DNA of 64,000 nucleotides. Source: Cystobasidiomycetes sp. EMM_F5 (lineage: Eukaryota). Below the pieces are notes generated by a model. The model did no database searches. It was not told the origin of the DNA and was given only the letters and a program-made list of their open reading frames with translations. The stretch covers positions 372,001 to 436,000 of the forward strand of contig JBPGPT010000003.1 in assembly GCA_051047955.1 (NCBI GenBank), written 5' to 3'. The position numbers were made by a program, and so were the translations under genes. Positions 60,322-64,000 of this stretch are shown piece by piece (position 1 is the stretch's first letter; the number at the start of each line of letters is the position of its first letter).

Positions 60322-61805
60322 TTACGCGCAGGAAAATGCAATGCCAAGGTCTAGACAACGATGGGCAAGCTGCGCAGCCTCTGCTTCAGTGGTCATGTCA
60401 TACTCCGGACCCATGGCAGCCAACTCCAGGCATGATATCAAGCGCCCTCCACCAAGAAAGTGAGTCAAATCTGATGGAGCAAGTCCACTAGGATTTGCCA
60501 TTATGGCTTCCTTCTCCTCCTTTGCGCGTGCGTCGTCGTCGTCACGTAAGGGTCTGATAGGCCAAGCATTGAAAAGACGTAATGTATGTAACGGCTTGCG
60601 GTCAGGTTCTGCGAGGGCAGCCAACAAAGCTGGCGATACGCAACGCAATCCGCCAAGGGTGAGGGTGTCCAACTGAGTACATATACGAGCGGCAGCATCT
60701 CCTACGCAATAGGTTGATCTCAGAAAATCCATTGGATAGTGGAAGCCAGTGTCATACGACCATTGACCAGCGTAAACCAGGCATGACAGATGACCCCGGT
60801 CGGTAATCGTCTGCGGTGTACTGCAACCAAGCTCGAGGTGACGAAGCGAATGAGCGTGATGGCTGAGAGTACTCTCCAAGAAGATGCTTTCAAAGTCGCA
60901 ATCTCGCAGAACTAGTTTTTCGAGTCGGAGTGCCGAGCTAAGGAGCACTCCAAATCCAGTTTGTTCACTAAAGTATGCGTCTGGTGAGTTGCGGAAGGTG
61001 AAGCTAGTCAGTTGAGGCAATATCAACTGTAAGCCGTGCGGCATTTCAGAGCCATTCGGCACCAGTATGTTGTCAAGGACGAGGGTTCGTAATATTGGCA
61101 TGGTCGTAAGGAGCTCCATAACCTGGTAGAGGGGCTGCGGACGGACATTCATGAGGGACAGACTGAGGAGAGATCGGCTACCTGGCTGGAGTGCAGTCGA
61201 TGCGTCGGGTTGCTCCAGCGGCATTTGTTCACGCGCTGTCATCAAGGGGCCGAAGTTTCGCAAAAGTTGTAAGTATGTTGGAGCGCCTTGCGCAACGCGC
61301 TTGCTCAATGAGCACTGTTCATTGAATCGCAAGCGGAGATGACCGATTGCGGGCAAGATAGTCGCTATCTCACGGAGATCGCTTTCATCGAGGCCGCCAT
61401 GACCTGTTCCCGGAGATTCCAACTCTAGATCCAGGATGACTATAGCTTCCGGTTGCAATATTGCAGGGTTTTTCTTGAATCTGTTGCCCCGCAGCAGCGA
61501 CTTGAGCTTGGTCCACTGCCGTATACGCGCGCGTGAGCATACATGGTTACATTGCACGCGCGTCTACCTACCCTATGTTTTGACGGTATGCGGACTTCGC
61601 GCCAGTAGATAGGTCTTACTACAGCTCGCATACGTCGCGAGCTCGTCATGAGGATATGTAGAAATATCTGTGCCGTGGTTGACCGCGGCGCTTCATCGTC
61701 ATCGAATGATGCACCGAGATATCCCGCAATCTTGAGCAGTAGTTCCACAGGTAATTGGTCAAGGTGGTCTCGAAGGCTCGTGGAACCGTGTGTAGTCTTG
61801 GTCAT
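60322..61805 (-). CDS. F-box-like / LRR-like protein
   Basis: LDQLPVELLLKIAGYL F-box-like start; repeated LxxLxL segments (LRTLVLD, LEKLVLR, LRHLELG, LDTLTLG). Confidence 0.65.
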
Positions 61806-61945
61806 TGCGTCGCAGTCCAGACATCCAGTCCTCCAATTTGAGGCCTGGTTACAACATGATCATGAGCAGAAGCAGATGGTCACGTTCCCAGGATTTAGAC
61901 GGGTAAGCCACAGCGTAGGAGGAGTTATCGAGATATGGGTGTACG

Positions 61946-64000
61946 TTATATTTCTGCGGGAGTCAAGTCGTCGGGCACTCGAGTGGAGATCGTGGACCGG
62001 AGGATTTCCATGCAACCAAGTAAAAGCTTAAGCTTGAAGGACAAAATGATTTTACGACTCATGTCGCATATGCCTCCTATATACGTATACGTACGATCCG
62101 AAAAAGCTACACTACGTGGTACAAATTTGCGGCCGGGGCTGAAGACATTACTATCGCAAGTGACCATCAAGGAAAATACGCGATAGAGGGCGAGCCTGCG
62201 ATGCTTCTCTTCTTTGCCTGCGCAGCCCAGTTCCGGACCGAAGGTCCCGGAGAGCCTCGTCAAAATCGCCTCTTGCGATTGCCCGTTGGGTTGCCTGTTT
62301 TTGCCGTCAACACGACTATAGTTGAGAAGCTTCAACAAATAGCCCACCTTCTGTGACGATGTTGCATTACTGGTAGCACCCTTCTGGCGCTCGTCATGCA
62401 CGTCCTCAGCAGCTGCTTGTAGAGCGTCGCCGAACGACGCAATAGTGCGGAAGAGCTCCTCGGAGTCTGTAGTGGTAGCATCCAAGCCAAAATACAGCAA
62501 GAGAGACTCGACATCTTGTTCTAGCTGCGCCGTCATCTGCTTAAGGGTCGTGATAGCTGGTTGGGCTTCGTCGAGGAAAGACTGCTGACGCATATTAAGC
62601 ACAATCTACAGGCAAAAGACGACAGCTGCACTCACGTGCATCACGATACGGAAGCGATCTTTTGGTTCGAATTTGGACGTAGCCGCCACGGTCACTTCCG
62701 TTGCGACATCATCTACAGCTTTGGCCAAAACTGAGACGGACGCTACAAGACCAGGCAGTGATACTGTAATTGCGCTTGATCAGTATACCATCTGTACACG
62801 ACGACGTATCACGTACTTCTAGCCGCTGCATGAATGTGCTGACATTCCGTGAGAAAGTATACCGCGTCTGGATAGGATTCCAGGAGCGTTTTAGCAATAA
62901 AATGCAGCAGAGTCGGCGTCTTCTTCGAAGCTGATGCTCTTGTAGCACGAGTATCGCGCAGCTGACAGGGGCTGCACGATTCAGCTCTATGCTGCGATCG
63001 GCGCGACAGTATGACCTACTTTTTGCAACGCGTCCAGGTGAAAGCCATTCGCATTGCCTCGGAAGGTTGATGCGTTCATAGCATTACCAACAACCAGCAC
63101 CACCTGTATCGGCATCAGCTGCAGTCGCTGATATTCCCGCTGTCAGCTGACCTCTAAACATCGACGGAAGTTGCCCGACTGTCGGACCTCGTCTGTTGCA
63201 TTCCGTAGTATCGCCAATTCAGGTCGGATCTCTTCCAGGTCCAAATCCAATTTACGACGAGTAAGCATGCATCCTAGCCGTTGAGACAGGCGCGGGATGC
63301 CACAAATCTGTAAAGACGAAAGTGACACAAGATTGAGCTACAATTATAGCAAAACGTCAGCTCCTCACGATAGAGAAGTAATGATCGCTGGAAGTGAGCT
63401 TTGCCAGGTCTCCTGTATAATTTGTGAAGGCTTGGATCTGTAGGAAGTACTGTATGTCACAGGTTGATGCAGCGCAACTCGCTTCAACTCACTTCTTCAG
63501 CAGTAGGCGAATTAGATATGAGCATTTTTAGGCGGTCTTGGGATAGTTTGCGGTCGTCGACTTTTAAAATGGCAGCTTTGATATCATCATTAGACATTCG
63601 CATGCGCGCGAGCATGATTCCTGCAACTCTAGCTTTAGGCGAAATCTGTTATATACGGAACAATTAGATTCACCGATGTTTTGAGCCCTTGAGATCGCCA
63701 ACAAGGAGGACACTTCTGCTTTTTGCGGAGCCATCTTGGACTTCGATGCCGCTAGTTTCGGTGCCGCAAAGTCCATCTCGAGCTCTTCAATGTTCAGCGC
63801 TACGTTATCGAGCTTGAGATTGTTCCATATGGAGTCCGACTGTCCTGCTGGCGGCTGCAATTTTGTCCAGAAGAATGGCTTCATTTTCACCCGAGATGGG
63901 AGCTGGTGACGCCCGGTACTTGTCCCCTGGCTGGTCTTGGCCAGTGATACACTCACACTGCTATTCAATGCGCCATTTGGCTGCGGTCTGACAGGTACGA
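61946..64000 (-). CDS. Formin, FH2 domain (5' end outside window; 3' end approximate)
   Basis: KMKPFFWTKL, SRAQNIGIML, IPRLSQRL, LVVGNAMNASTFRGNANGF, LLLYFG..EELFRTIASF. Confidence 0.9.

Noticed and set aside
1..64000. CRISPR arrays, rRNA, prokaryotic operons or defence systems
   Set aside because: The sequence is intron-rich eukaryotic DNA; no repeat-spacer arrays or rRNA signatures seen

Overview
Eukaryotic, gene-dense (~1 gene per 2 kb), intron-rich fungal DNA with short (~50-70 nt) GT-AG introns and GCTGAC/CTAAC-type branch sites. The spermidine synthase-saccharopine dehydrogenase fusion points to Basidiomycota; a yeast-like Pucciniomycotina lineage is a guess. About 32 protein genes are readable, mostly housekeeping: WOPR factor, 14-3-3, UBLCP1, Hpm1, Spc1, GH5 glucanase, sugar porter, Nnr1, Nas6, Spe-Sdh, Rpc17, Bur1, Nop4, Cdc12, Agc1, Hom3, DnaJ-X, Tys1 and a formin. 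Spans are start-to-stop including introns, and some ends are approximate. Standout observations: (1) a tRNA-Trp(CCA) gene split by a normal 10-nt anticodon-loop intron AND a 58-nt GTGAGC...TGCAG spliceosome-type intron in the D-loop; (2) a 6-exon gene whose spliced product looks like a stand-alone retrotransposon Gag capsid (candidate domesticated Gag); (3) two tandem secreted paralogs sharing an unrecognised domain, one with two CBM1 modules; (4) a tandem pair of small membrane proteins missed by the ORF track that differ by one intron.
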